Source: a virus
Length of the DNA stretch: 64,000 bases
IMG/VR virus record: IMGVR_UViG_3300032246_002821
Coordinates: 64,001 to 128,000 of that record
Strand: one strand, 5' to 3'
Position 1 is the stretch's first letter, and every line of letters begins with the position of its first letter. The notes beneath the pieces were generated by a model that had not been told where the DNA came from, ran no database searches, and worked only from the letters and a program-made list of their open reading frames with translations. Position numbers and translations under genes: made by a program. Shown here one piece after another: positions 37,568 through 46,874 of the stretch.

Positions 37568-39154
37568 TTAGAAGATGACAATCGGCATAGGTGGTATGAT
37601 CTCACTTTTATCCACCTGTAGGCTCTGGCTCAAGCTGGCATCGTATTGTCTCAGATGCAGAATGATACGCACAGCCAACAGTGTAGCACTGACAAGATCG
37701 TCGGTTTCTCCTATTTTTGCCATATAACTGTTGCCGCTAGCAACAAAACTCTTGAGCTCGCTTATGAGGTTCTTGCTGTATATCTTAAGTTTATTTGTTT
37801 CCATCCACAGTTTGAACTTGCTGCAAGCTGCCAATTTGGTGCTGTTCGTAGTTGTGAAACCCTTGCGATATCTTCGTCCTGCTCCCATGGCTTTGGGCTC
37901 GCTGAGGAAGTCACCGGGTATATTTTCTTCTCCTAGATCTGCGATAGCCATCAGTGCCGCCTCGCCTATGGTGTTGTTTTCCACACTGTAATACAAGTTA
38001 GTTGGGTCATTGGTGATTCCCGCGATATATTTGCATATCTCTGACAATATACCTATCTGTTTTTGTATGGGTGTGAGGTTATGTTGCCATTCGGCCACCT
38101 GTTTCATAGTTGTGGCATTGAAAACTTCGATAGCACTGGGATCACCCCCTGTACCCAAGCTGGGATCCAGAGCTACCACGTATACGTTGCCCTTGACTGG
38201 CTTTTCATACCATCTGACCTGGCCCTGTTTCTCGATGGGATCTATTCCCACCATATCTACCAACACACTAGGTGCAATCAGTGTTTCGTCATAGATGATA
38301 AATTTGCAGTTATTCTCACGTTCGAATCTGTCGTCGCCCACGCTGGCTCTTTCTCTGGCTGCCCATTTCTCATCCCGTTCAGGATGTCTGTCCCAGGTCG
38401 CCAGGAAAGCACTAAATCCATTACGTCCTATCTGGGTTGTATTGCCGAATTCGTCGAAACACTTGTTGGCTTCTTTCCATATAGTAGCGAACATATCCTC
38501 ATCACTGTTGGGTGTGCTGGTGATGATGGCCTTACCACCTGTAGATAGTGTAGGGCTGATGGATGTCCAGAATTCTCGAGCGATAGTAGGTCTGACGAAC
38601 GCCAACTCGTCACAGTACAGCAGTGAGATACTCATACCACGTCCGGTTGTTTCGGTAGTGGTAGCTGACACTATACGACTGCTATTGTCGAAACCAATGT
38701 TGCCCTTGTTGTAGTCCACAACACCCGCCCGGATGTGGTCAGGCACGTTTTCATAGGCAAATCTGATACGCTGCATAATTTCCTGTGCGCCGGTGAACTT
38801 GTTGCTGGCCACAAGTATTGTGCTGTCTGGAATAAACATAGCATACCATAACAGATATCCTGATGCAACAGTGGTCTTGCCCATCTGACGACCCAGCATA
38901 TTGATGCTGAAGCGATTGTTATGATAGTTGTTTAACAGTTCTTCCTGATAGTCGTAAGGTTGAAATTGTTGTCTGCCTCTGGTAGGATGCTGGATATAAA
39001 AGAAATTTCTCAGGAAATAATCGCAACCGGTTTCGGGATCAGCACAGAGACTGAATTCCAATAATTCCTGTTCGCTCATCTTAGTGCGCTTATAGGCTTT
39101 TTTTACTAGTACGCCATCTAAACTTTTTTGGGCCATAAAGATATTTATTGACAT
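37568..39154 (-). CDS. gp17: Terminase large subunit, T4 gp17-like
   Basis: RQMGKTT Walker A, LLYCDELAF, IITSTPN, RNase-H-like VALDPS and DDLVSA. Confidence 0.96.
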   Translation of the reverse strand: MSINIFMAQKSLDGVLVKKAYKRTKMSEQELLEFSLCADPETGCDYFLRNFFYIQHPTRGRQQFQPYDYQEELLNNYHNNRFSINMLGRQMGKTTVASGYLLWYAMFIPDSTILVASNKFTGAQEIMQRIRFAYENVPDHIRAGVVDYNKGNIGFDNSSRIVSATTTETTGRGMSISLLYCDELAFVRPTIAREFWTSISPTLSTGGKAIITSTPNSDEDMFATIWKEANKCFDEFGNTTQIGRNGFSAFLATWDRHPERDEKWAARERASVGDDRFERENNCKFIIYDETLIAPSVLVDMVGIDPIEKQGQVRWYEKPVKGNVYVVALDPSLGTGGDPSAIEVFNATTMKQVAEWQHNLTPIQKQIGILSEICKYIAGITNDPTNLYYSVENNTIGEAALMAIADLGEENIPGDFLSEPKAMGAGRRYRKGFTTTNSTKLAACSKFKLWMETNKLKIYSKNLISELKSFVASGNSYMAKIGETDDLVSATLLAVRIILHLRQYDASLSQSLQVDKSEIIPPMPIVIF

Positions 39155-39209
39155 ATATTCAGAGTAAAGTAAAATGATTAAAGTTCAATAACCGTAGTAA
39201 ATAAATGAT

Positions 39210-39719
39210 ATGTCAGACACACTGATTTTGAACGCAAACTATCAACCACTCAGCTGGCTCCCGCTCAGCGTGATCCCGTGGCAACAGGCTATCAAGTTGC
39301 AATTCATGGATAAGATCAAGGTACTGGAATATTACAATGACTGGCAGGTGCACAGTCCCAGCACCACTCTGAATGTGCCAGCGTTGGCTATTACCAAAGA
39401 CTATCATGCTTTCCAGAAAGGTGTTAGGTTCAGTCGTAGCAACCTGTATCTGCGGGATTTATTCCAGTGCCAATATTGTGCCGACACTTACGACTATCAT
39501 GAGTTGAACATCGATCACGTGCAACCATTGAGCAAGGGCGGTAAGACCAATTGGGAAAACTGTGTAACCAGTTGTATTCCTTGCAATAGCAAAAAGAAAA
39601 ACAAGTTTCAAAAACCCATCAGGGAACCATTTAAACCTGATTACTGGACACTGACAGCTAGGCGTAAGAAATTCCAGTATGATCTAAAACATCCCAGCTG
39701 GCGAGATTATATCAATTAA
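39210..39719 (+). CDS. HNH endonuclease (Zn-binding)
   Basis: RDLFQCQYC, IDHVQPLSKGG, WENCVTSCIPCNSKK. Confidence 0.93.
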   Translation: MSDTLILNANYQPLSWLPLSVIPWQQAIKLQFMDKIKVLEYYNDWQVHSPSTTLNVPALAITKDYHAFQKGVRFSRSNLYLRDLFQCQYCADTYDYHELNIDHVQPLSKGGKTNWENCVTSCIPCNSKKKNKFQKPIREPFKPDYWTLTARRKKFQYDLKHPSWRDYIN

Positions 39720-40453
39720 TCTGGATTATTGGGGTCGAAAACTTTGGCTTTATTAAAGGCATTAACCCCTTGCTGTCTACGAGATTCTTCTTCGTCTCTG
39801 GCTCGCTGTCTCAAAAATTCTTCTTCGCCTGTATTGAGATCGGTAGGTTCAAAAACGCTGCCAATAATACCTGGTACACTAGCTAGTCTAGTGCCTTTGA
39901 GTGCTGCGCCTGCTAGACCCTTGGCAATATCACCGCCCAGGTTTTTGAGTTCGTCTTTCATTTCCGGCCAACTCAATGTGCCTGATCTGGGCTGAGTCTT
40001 GGGATTGGGACCTGCGGAAAAATCAGGCGGCAGACTGGGATTATTGAACGTAGGTGTAGAACCGCCTGTGGGTTTGGGTGGCATTTCCAAGTTAGGCGGT
40101 TGTATACGGCCCTGTGGTTTGCTCTGACCCAGATTGGGTGTGTCGCCCAGAGGCGGCAATTTGCTACCAGCTGGTGTTTCAGGAGGTGCGACTGGACCAG
40201 TTGCTGCACGTACACTCATACGGGGTTTTACACCTGCTTCAGGATTGCCAGGCACTGCATTGGCAGTGTCAGCAAAACTACCAGGTATGTCTGGTAATTG
40301 AGGCATGACTTTAACTTGACCAGATACAGGTTGGCTGCCTGCGCCCGCAGGGCTGTATGGTTTTAAATTTGTGTAGTTTTCAGGACTAGGAGCAGACCAG
40401 TCTATGCCAGCTGGACCTTCTGTCAAAAGGGTCATAAATTCTTTAGCTCTCAT
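39716..40453 (-). CDS. Pro-rich putative internal head protein
   Basis: N-terminus MRAKEFMTLLTE. Confidence 0.55.
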   Translation of the reverse strand: MRAKEFMTLLTEGPAGIDWSAPSPENYTNLKPYSPAGAGSQPVSGQVKVMPQLPDIPGSFADTANAVPGNPEAGVKPRMSVRAATGPVAPPETPAGSKLPPLGDTPNLGQSKPQGRIQPPNLEMPPKPTGGSTPTFNNPSLPPDFSAGPNPKTQPRSGTLSWPEMKDELKNLGGDIAKGLAGAALKGTRLASVPGIIGSVFEPTDLNTGEEEFLRQRARDEEESRRQQGVNAFNKAKVFDPNNPD

Positions 40454-40886
40454 CAGTATCTAGTCCTTTTGTTTTATTAATTGCAGGCACTTCTGTATTA
40501 CTTTGGCTGGGACGCTTAGTAGGTACAAATTTAGCCACTGGGCTCACTTTGTTTGTGTTGCCATCTTCGTCTCTCAAATGTTTAGTATGTGCTTTGACCG
40601 CAGCCTGGCCTGTGACTTTGCTCGCACCCTGCATTATATCTATATCGGCCTGTTCATAGGGTATGATGATCAGCTTGTCGGCCAGTTGGCTCTGTTGATC
40701 GAAACCTTCGGGTTGTGGATCAGGGCTACGTGCCATCATTATGCCATAACGATACATTGTATAAAAGTTTTGGCTGGCATCAGGAACGATATAAGCATTG
40801 GGCACAGTACGAGATTCGTGTTCAGGATGATCGCTCATCAATTCCTGTTGGCTGTATTGTTCACTGATAAATTCTTTTGCTCTCAT
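40443..40886 (-). CDS. Putative internal head protein, paralog A
   Basis: MRAKEFISE; YRYG..A..P and NKVSPV. Confidence 0.6.
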   Translation of the reverse strand: MRAKEFISEQYSQQELMSDHPEHESRTVPNAYIVPDASQNFYTMYRYGIMMARSPDPQPEGFDQQSQLADKLIIIPYEQADIDIMQGASKVTGQAAVKAHTKHLRDEDGNTNKVSPVAKFVPTKRPSQSNTEVPAINKTKGLDTDES

Positions 40887-41272
40887 CTGCCACGATTCCT
40901 TTTGGCACCGCTGTTGAATGGCACAGGGCTGGTCTTATTAGTATTACTCAATTCTTCGCTGCGGTTGCTGCTAAGTTTTTTCACAGGTCCAGCACCCACC
41001 ATCTTGGCAGCAGCATTGATGATATCTATCTCGGCGTCTGTGTAGGTGCTCAATAGTGGATCACCACTAAATGCACCAGCTGCTTTTGTGGGATAATCAG
41101 GAGCACCAGCCATAGCCAATCCGAAACGATATTGCAGATAGCTGCTGCCATTGCTCTTGTTCATGCTGATAGCAGGCATACTCACTGCGCCTTTGATGGC
41201 AGCACTTACATCATCAGGAGCATCTGATAGGTCTGCACCAGGCACATCTTCAAACAGTTCAAAAAGTTTCAT
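40883..41272 (-). CDS. Putative internal head protein, paralog B
   Basis: MKLFELFE; YRFG.AMA and NKTSPV. Confidence 0.6.
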   Translation of the reverse strand: MKLFELFEDVPGADLSDAPDDVSAAIKGAVSMPAISMNKSNGSSYLQYRFGLAMAGAPDYPTKAAGAFSGDPLLSTYTDAEIDIINAAAKMVGAGPVKKLSSNRSEELSNTNKTSPVPFNSGAKRNRGR

Positions 41273-41625
41273 TTTTTCTTCCTTTTGCCACTGTTGTGCG
41301 GCACAGGACTGACTTTATGTACACTGTCCGGCTCTTTGCCTTTTTCTTTGGTGAGCCATTTGGTTTTATGTCCCAATCCCTTGAGGCTGTCCTTCAACAT
41401 TTTATGTTCTTCATCAGTGTAAACACTGGCAAAGGGATGATCTCTGAAGTGATCGTGATCGTGAGGTGCTTTATGATGGGGATGAGCTGCTACTACATTC
41501 ATGAAACGATAGTAGTTGTAGCCAGGATCCATATCAGGAAAAACCATACTGCGAGGCATAGTGCTCACGTGCTCTGGATGAGCCTTGGATTTTTTTGCTT
41601 CTGATATGAATTCGCTGGCTCTCAT
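41269..41625 (-). CDS. Putative internal head protein, paralog C (His/Lys-rich)
   Basis: MRASEFISE; YYRFM and HKVSPV. Confidence 0.6.
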   Translation of the reverse strand: MRASEFISEAKKSKAHPEHVSTMPRSMVFPDMDPGYNYYRFMNVVAAHPHHKAPHDHDHFRDHPFASVYTDEEHKMLKDSLKGLGHKTKWLTKEKGKEPDSVHKVSPVPHNSGKRKKK

Positions 41626-41627
41626 TT

Positions 41628-42230
41628 TTAGCCCCAGGTTTTTACTGGTAGACTCCAGTGATTAGCAAGTGCCTGTTTGACACTGCAATCATAAGATTCT
41701 AAGAACATCCTGGGACGTTCTGGAGTGGTCTTGGTGAAGTGACATTCGAATGTCACACGAGCCTGTTCATTTGCTGGATTACGTGCAAAAACTGTCACTT
41801 CTGATTCAGGTAGCTGGTCTGTCTCTACCAATCTGGCTTCTGCTTTTTTCAGCTTATAACCTTCAGCTGCCATCTGTTCGTGTACACTGTTGCTCTTGGC
41901 GATATTGCGTACGAAGTCGGCAGTGATACCAGCTGCTTCCATAGGAGGCTGATGCATGAATTTCTTGTGTACTTTTTCTGACCCGCGATGGAATTCCAAC
42001 ACGAATTCTGCCATTTTTTGAGTGTTGCCTTCGCTCAAAAACTGCATCTGATCCATATATTTCCAAGCGTTTTCATCCAACAATACAGTCACGCTGTCTT
42101 GTGTATGTTCTACCACAGTGCTGGCGATAAGATGTATCTTGTTGATCTCAAAGTTTACAACATCACCAGTCACTGGTGCTACGCTAGCTCTGTAAGTTTG
42201 GTTAAAGTAATCTTTGAAACTCATCGTCAT
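41628..42230 (-). CDS. Hypothetical virion-associated protein
   Basis: MSFKDYF N-terminus; late operon. Confidence 0.5.
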   Translation of the reverse strand: MTMSFKDYFNQTYRASVAPVTGDVVNFEINKIHLIASTVVEHTQDSVTVLLDENAWKYMDQMQFLSEGNTQKMAEFVLEFHRGSEKVHKKFMHQPPMEAAGITADFVRNIAKSNSVHEQMAAEGYKLKKAEARLVETDQLPESEVTVFARNPANEQARVTFECHFTKTTPERPRMFLESYDCSVKQALANHWSLPVKTWG

Positions 42231-42233
42231 TCC

Positions 42234-42803
42234 TCAATCAAATGTCACTGCTACGTGTACTGGGTTATCACCACCGGCCACTTTAGGAGCAGTGAGTTTG
42301 CTTTTAGCCAAGTCATTGCCATTGGGCACAGCAGCACTGATGCCTTTCTCATATTCGTGTGGACTATTGCTGTATGGTCTATCATCGCTTGCCTCGGCAG
42401 CTACAACAGTTTCTTCATCTGGCATTCCACCTGGACTGGGCATCGCACCAGGAATGTCACCAGGAGGTGTCATTGGCAATCCAGCACCAGGTGCAGCTAT
42501 AGTTGGTTTACTGACAGGATGTGGGATGCCCATATGGTGACCAACATCCATTGGCACACCAGGCGCTGCTGCAAGGGCCATATTGTCTTGTGGACCGGCA
42601 TTGAAGTCTATGACTTCTTCTGCATTTATCATACCAGCCAATTTAAGGATCTGAGCAAGCACAGCATCGCTACCAGTTGTTGTAACCTGCACGCCTTCTG
42701 ACACTGGACCATTCATACGCTGTAAGCTGTCTATAGCACGGCCTGCTTCTGGGTTATTATCTGCTATCTCTCGCAGTTTTTTCATTACATCAATCATTTG
42801 CAT
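42234..42803 (-). CDS. Putative prohead core/scaffold-type protein
   Basis: ILKLAGM motif; Pro/Gly/Met-rich. Confidence 0.5.
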   Translation of the reverse strand: MQMIDVMKKLREIADNNPEAGRAIDSLQRMNGPVSEGVQVTTTGSDAVLAQILKLAGMINAEEVIDFNAGPQDNMALAAAPGVPMDVGHHMGIPHPVSKPTIAAPGAGLPMTPPGDIPGAMPSPGGMPDEETVVAAEASDDRPYSNSPHEYEKGISAAVPNGNDLAKSKLTAPKVAGGDNPVHVAVTFD

Positions 42804-43369
42804 TATTTGGATCTCCGTGCCATCAGCGGCGGCAATTTGTTCTTCTTTGTTCCCACTGGGCTGGTGTTGCCTTGTGGTAGATCATTGCTTGTTTTGGCTG
42901 CTTTGGTTTTAGGCGCAGCAAAGGGATGATCTATGGTTTTTTCTTTAAGGGCATTGGCCAGATCTGCAAGTAATTGTGGTGCTTTGCTAGCTGGGTACTC
43001 GCTGGTAAGCACAGGCTGCTCGTTAGGTACTATGGGAGCAGCTAAAACTTCCTGTTGTGGTGTCAGCACAAGTATGTGGCTGAGTGGTATCTCAGTTGCT
43101 TCGTGTACTGCTGCCTGTACTTCTGCAGGAGTGCAGGGATAATTCACCACGATGTCCACGATACTGATGGGAGTATTTCTCAAATGTGCAAAGCCAGGTT
43201 GTACTTCTGCGATAGGAAGTGTCTTGGGTTCACTGATAGCTTCCATATTCCATTTGGCAAGGGTGCGTTTTAGAGCTTCCATATGGTCGCTGTCTACATC
43301 GGTAGCGAATTTTACACGGAATCCGTATTTCTTTTCGCTTTCAAATAGATAATCTTTATAGGTCTTCAT
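42803..43369 (-). CDS. Putative internal head protein with T4 CTS-like N-terminus
   Basis: MKTYKDYLFE versus T4 IPIII MKTYQEFIAE; TAAATA at 43388-93. Confidence 0.6.
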   Translation of the reverse strand: MKTYKDYLFESEKKYGFRVKFATDVDSDHMEALKRTLAKWNMEAISEPKTLPIAEVQPGFAHLRNTPISIVDIVVNYPCTPAEVQAAVHEATEIPLSHILVLTPQQEVLAAPIVPNEQPVLTSEYPASKAPQLLADLANALKEKTIDHPFAAPKTKAAKTSNDLPQGNTSPVGTKKNKLPPLMARRSK

Positions 43370-43390
43370 TGCAATGCCTCTATCCGATAT

Positions 43391-43822
43391 TTATTGTTTC
43401 TTGCCAAAAGTTTTAAGAAGCTCGTTGCGATCGAATACTTGAGCAGATATTTCCATGGGTTCATCGTTACCAGGTGCTGATGCTTTTTTCATAGCCAGGC
43501 TTTCTGCTCTTAGTGCCAGTTCTTGTTGTTTGAGTTTCTTTTGCACTTTGCCCAGCTTGGCTGTGACAGCGTGGCCCAACATCTTGCTGGCAGCATCGAA
43601 TATGGGCGCCGAAAATCTGGCTTCCACATTCATACCCAGGCTTTGCAAGTTCTCGAAACTCTCCATTGCCTGATCTGCCAGGCTGTCCAGTTCTTTATCC
43701 ATTGTATCATCTGGCTGCTCAGGCATACTATGGTCTATGGCTATGGCTGTCTGCAATGCCTCGCTTACTTCTCTGGAAGGTGCTGGCGGCAGATCGAATA
43801 AGGCTTCTAACTTTTGTGTCAT
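43391..43822 (-). CDS. Terminase small subunit candidate (gp16-like)
   Basis: Helical coiled-coil with C-terminal DRNELLK; size and position in morphogenesis cluster. Confidence 0.5.
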   Translation of the reverse strand: MTQKLEALFDLPPAPSREVSEALQTAIAIDHSMPEQPDDTMDKELDSLADQAMESFENLQSLGMNVEARFSAPIFDAASKMLGHAVTAKLGKVQKKLKQQELALRAESLAMKKASAPGNDEPMEISAQVFDRNELLKTFGKKQ

Positions 43823-43829
43823 ATCGTAG

Positions 43830-44270
43830 TTATCGTTTCTTTTTCTTGGTGTTGGCAAACATATCGTGCTCTGTTATCACACGAAAATTGATCTGATTTT
43901 GTTTACACCAGGCATTAGCTGCTGCCCATTTGGCCTGATTGGTCACAGCCATGAGTTGGTTGTGGGCACTCCTACCTGCTGCTTCCATAGTGGTTTCTTT
44001 ACTGGGTTTTATTTCCACAAGTTCTGCACGACGATTGCCTTTGGCATCCTGATACACCACGAAAAAATCAGGTATATAATTGGTGTTCCTGCCTTTTATA
44101 GGGTTATAATATGGTATGCTTATACTTTCACTGGCCCAGTGTATGATACTGGGATGGTTATCGCAAAAGCTCATAAATGCCAATTCCCAACTGCTGCGAT
44201 ATTTTATGGCGCCTTTTCCAGCATATTTGTTGAGATTTTTAGGAGTGAAGATTCCCTGGCTGTATCTCAT
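43830..44270 (-). CDS. gp4: Head completion nuclease, T4 gp4-like
   Basis: YRSSWE, WASE..IPY, YIPDF, VEIKP and NQAKWAAA motifs. Confidence 0.92.
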   Translation of the reverse strand: MRYSQGIFTPKNLNKYAGKGAIKYRSSWELAFMSFCDNHPSIIHWASESISIPYYNPIKGRNTNYIPDFFVVYQDAKGNRRAELVEIKPSKETTMEAAGRSAHNQLMAVTNQAKWAAANAWCKQNQINFRVITEHDMFANTKKKKR

Positions 44271-44626
44271 GCTACTATGTTTCTTTTAGCGAACGCACTG
44301 GTGCTTTGGTTCAATTGATAACCCAGCTTGCTAGTGCTGCCTTTGGTTGCATTGAAAAACGCTATCAGCAGTTGTTTAAGGTCGCTGCTATCAGCTGCTT
44401 TGCCAAAATCCGCTATAACGTCTAGTGGATTGAGATTATTGTTATATGTGAGCGTCAGTACTGCTTGGCTGAGGCTACTGGCTGCCCCGGGATCGCGCAT
44501 TTTAGTCAGGAAAAAATTATATACCTGCTGATATACCATTTCGCTGATCTGTATGGGCTGTGTGAAGTAACCATTGAAAAAAGTTTGTGTATTGGTACTT
44601 TCCACATTATTAGCTACATTAGACAA
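44267..44626 (-). CDS. Hypothetical virion-associated protein
   Basis: TTG start with GGAG RBS overlapping upstream stop. Confidence 0.55.
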   Translation of the reverse strand: MSNVANNVESTNTQTFFNGYFTQPIQISEMVYQQVYNFFLTKMRDPGAASSLSQAVLTLTYNNNLNPLDVIADFGKAADSSDLKQLLIAFFNATKGSTSKLGYQLNQSTSAFAKRNIVA

Positions 44627-46142
44627 TTTGAGTATCTCCACTTGTTTTATTGTAGTTAATATAATCTTGGGCCAATGGTAATAAATCGGTATCAGGAGCC
44701 ACATTCAATTGGCTCAGATGGCTGGCAGCTATGTTGATGTCATTATCGCTGTAACCCTGTTGGGCTAGCCTGGATTGCCAAGTGTTGCTTTCATAAGTGG
44801 CATTTACCTGATTGCCAGGTTCGCTGAAGTTGATGTTGGCTGGTATGTTTTCCGGTTGGCCATAATTAACTTTACCCAAGTTAAGCTGAGCCATGTTATC
44901 TGGATTATCGATATAACTCTGAGCTATGGCTAATTTATTGGTTTGCAGGTTGTCACTGTTTACCAAACCGCTGTTAGATATGGTATCGTTAGATAAAGTG
45001 TTTATATATTGATCTGCGCTGTTGATCTGGTTTTGTGTATATCCACGATCCAGCAGGCTCTGCTGATAGCTGCCATCTTGGTATACTGTGTTGTTTTGCA
45101 GAGGAGTAGCCACAGTTTCACCATTGCTCGTGGCAGGAACGGCTTGCACATTGTCAGGATTAGCAGCATTCAGGCTGTTGATGGGTATGCTGGCATCTGC
45201 CACAGGAAAATTATACAAGTTATTTGTGTTGTTGTTTCGTGTGTTTTGCACGATGCTCTGGATCTCAGGTATACTGAAATTGTTCGTGCTAGTGGGATTA
45301 TATCTGTAGGCCTGATTCTGTTGGTTGTAGAAATAATTGCTGCTTTGTCGGTTTATGTAGCGATTCCTGAATTGGTCTGTGGCAGGCACATACTGTCCTA
45401 TGGTATTATCGAACACGCTGCCCACCAGAGATCCGGTGAGATCACTGAGAGTGGGATCATAGAATTGGGGATTACCAAATCCTGGTGTACCCACAGCGTA
45501 ACCATCTTCATAGGTCACACCGTTATAATGTATAGTTACAGTTGCTTCCATTATGCCTTGACCAGCTTCGTAATCATGAGTATCGTGAGCGAAACTGGTT
45601 ATCACAGGATTCATCAGACTGATCTTGCTACTGGTACCATTGACTAGACTGTAAATTTCTATACAACTGAAGAAGGGATCGGTGCTACCATTGTCCAGAC
45701 CCCAATTTGGTGTGATCTTAGCCTGATATCTATCATCAAAATTATATTCGTTAAGCGTGTATGTGCCGTCTGCCACGTAATAGTTGTAGTAATCTTCCCA
45801 CAAACCACGCACATTGTTGGCACCATCGTCGTGGAATCTTATGGAGATGGGATCATATTTTATCTTGGTTTGTACATAACCTTTGCGATTATACTGATTG
45901 ATATCTCGAACTTCGAATGTGAATTTAGGAAGTTCTATGTTCTTAACCAGGTATGCCACGGTTCTTGTGTCAGCGTAGCTGGGCGCATTGGAACTCAGTA
46001 CAAAATTTACTTGGAAAAGATACTTGCTTTTGGGGCTTAATTCAAAATTGTTTGTGCGAAAGACATCGGCGGCGTGCGAATAATCATGCAGCCTGCCGCC
46101 GTTGCCTAACCCCTGCCATAAAAACTTGCCTAACGCACTCAT
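44619..46142 (-). CDS. Tail tube-like baseplate/tube initiator (gp19/gp54-like) with long C-terminal extension
   Basis: LVKNIELPKF, NQYNRK, YDPISIRFHDD; follows tube gene. Confidence 0.7.
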   Translation of the reverse strand: MSALGKFLWQGLGNGGRLHDYSHAADVFRTNNFELSPKSKYLFQVNFVLSSNAPSYADTRTVAYLVKNIELPKFTFEVRDINQYNRKGYVQTKIKYDPISIRFHDDGANNVRGLWEDYYNYYVADGTYTLNEYNFDDRYQAKITPNWGLDNGSTDPFFSCIEIYSLVNGTSSKISLMNPVITSFAHDTHDYEAGQGIMEATVTIHYNGVTYEDGYAVGTPGFGNPQFYDPTLSDLTGSLVGSVFDNTIGQYVPATDQFRNRYINRQSSNYFYNQQNQAYRYNPTSTNNFSIPEIQSIVQNTRNNNTNNLYNFPVADASIPINSLNAANPDNVQAVPATSNGETVATPLQNNTVYQDGSYQQSLLDRGYTQNQINSADQYINTLSNDTISNSGLVNSDNLQTNKLAIAQSYIDNPDNMAQLNLGKVNYGQPENIPANINFSEPGNQVNATYESNTWQSRLAQQGYSDNDINIAASHLSQLNVAPDTDLLPLAQDYINYNKTSGDTQIV

Positions 46143-46153
46143 AATATTAACCT

Positions 46154-46777
46154 TTAACCGGTAATACTTGCGCCAGAAGTCCTTGTAACTGCCTTACCAA
46201 CACCAGTTCCGCCTGGCACTTGTAGAGCATTGTCATATCTGATAGTCAAACTAATTGTAGCGGGATCGTTACTGGTATAATCGAAGTTGTTGTAATTCAC
46301 TTCGCTTAAGAAACAACCATACATTTCCCAAGTTTCCAGGACGTTCGGTGAATTTGCACCATTGCCGCCATCCAGAGCTTCGAATCGGGTAAGGAATTTG
46401 TAATCGATACCTGAAACAGCACTGGCTTGTTCTGCAAAATCAAATTGTTTCTGTAACTGTTCACCTACAAGCAATCTTACGTTACCGTTGATATCGTCAC
46501 GTAGTTCTACTGTAACTGTCTGCCATTCTGGTTTGCCTGCCAGATACATTCTGCTGTTGTACAGCTGGATTTCTATCGGGCTAAACTGTAAATTTGGTCT
46601 GGTGAAAGTCATAACCTGTTTGGTAAGTTCAGTACGTGGACTTGTGACACCGAAGTTCTCAAAATTCACTCTGAAACGATACTTTAACAGGGGCATCAAC
46701 AGAGCCTGGCTGTTGGCGCTCTGATCGCTGCTTGACGCCACCGGCACTGTCATATTAAGTAATGATGCAACTGCCAT
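46154..46777 (-). CDS. gp19: Tail tube protein, T4 gp19-like
   Basis: KYRFRV, YLAGKPEWQ..TVELRDD, ETWEMYGCF; follows sheath. Confidence 0.9.
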   Translation of the reverse strand: MAVASLLNMTVPVASSSDQSANSQALLMPLLKYRFRVNFENFGVTSPRTELTKQVMTFTRPNLQFSPIEIQLYNSRMYLAGKPEWQTVTVELRDDINGNVRLLVGEQLQKQFDFAEQASAVSGIDYKFLTRFEALDGGNGANSPNVLETWEMYGCFLSEVNYNNFDYTSNDPATISLTIRYDNALQVPGGTGVGKAVTRTSGASITG

Positions 46778-46795
46778 TCTAATCTCCTATACAAT

Positions 46796-46803
46796 TATTT
46801 ATA
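46796..46803 (-). promoter_or_regulatory. T4-type late promoter TATAAATA
   Basis: Exact TATAAATA upstream of AGGAG RBS of tube gene. Confidence 0.8.
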
Positions 46804-46839
46804 TAAGATCAAGGAGTTTTTTTCAGCCCCAGTCAGAGA

Positions 46840-46863
46840 AAAGCCGCTGTTTCCAGCGGCTTT
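46840..46863 (-). terminator. Terminator after tail sheath
   Basis: AAAGCCGCTG-GAAA-CAGCGGCTTTT. Confidence 0.8.
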
Positions 46864-46874
46864 ATTTTTTTATT

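Noticed and set aside
9117-39154. Inteins or group I introns in UvsW, UvsX, helicase or TerL
   Set aside because: Lengths are normal, motifs are contiguous, and there are no C...HN splice junctions or internal LAGLIDADG segments
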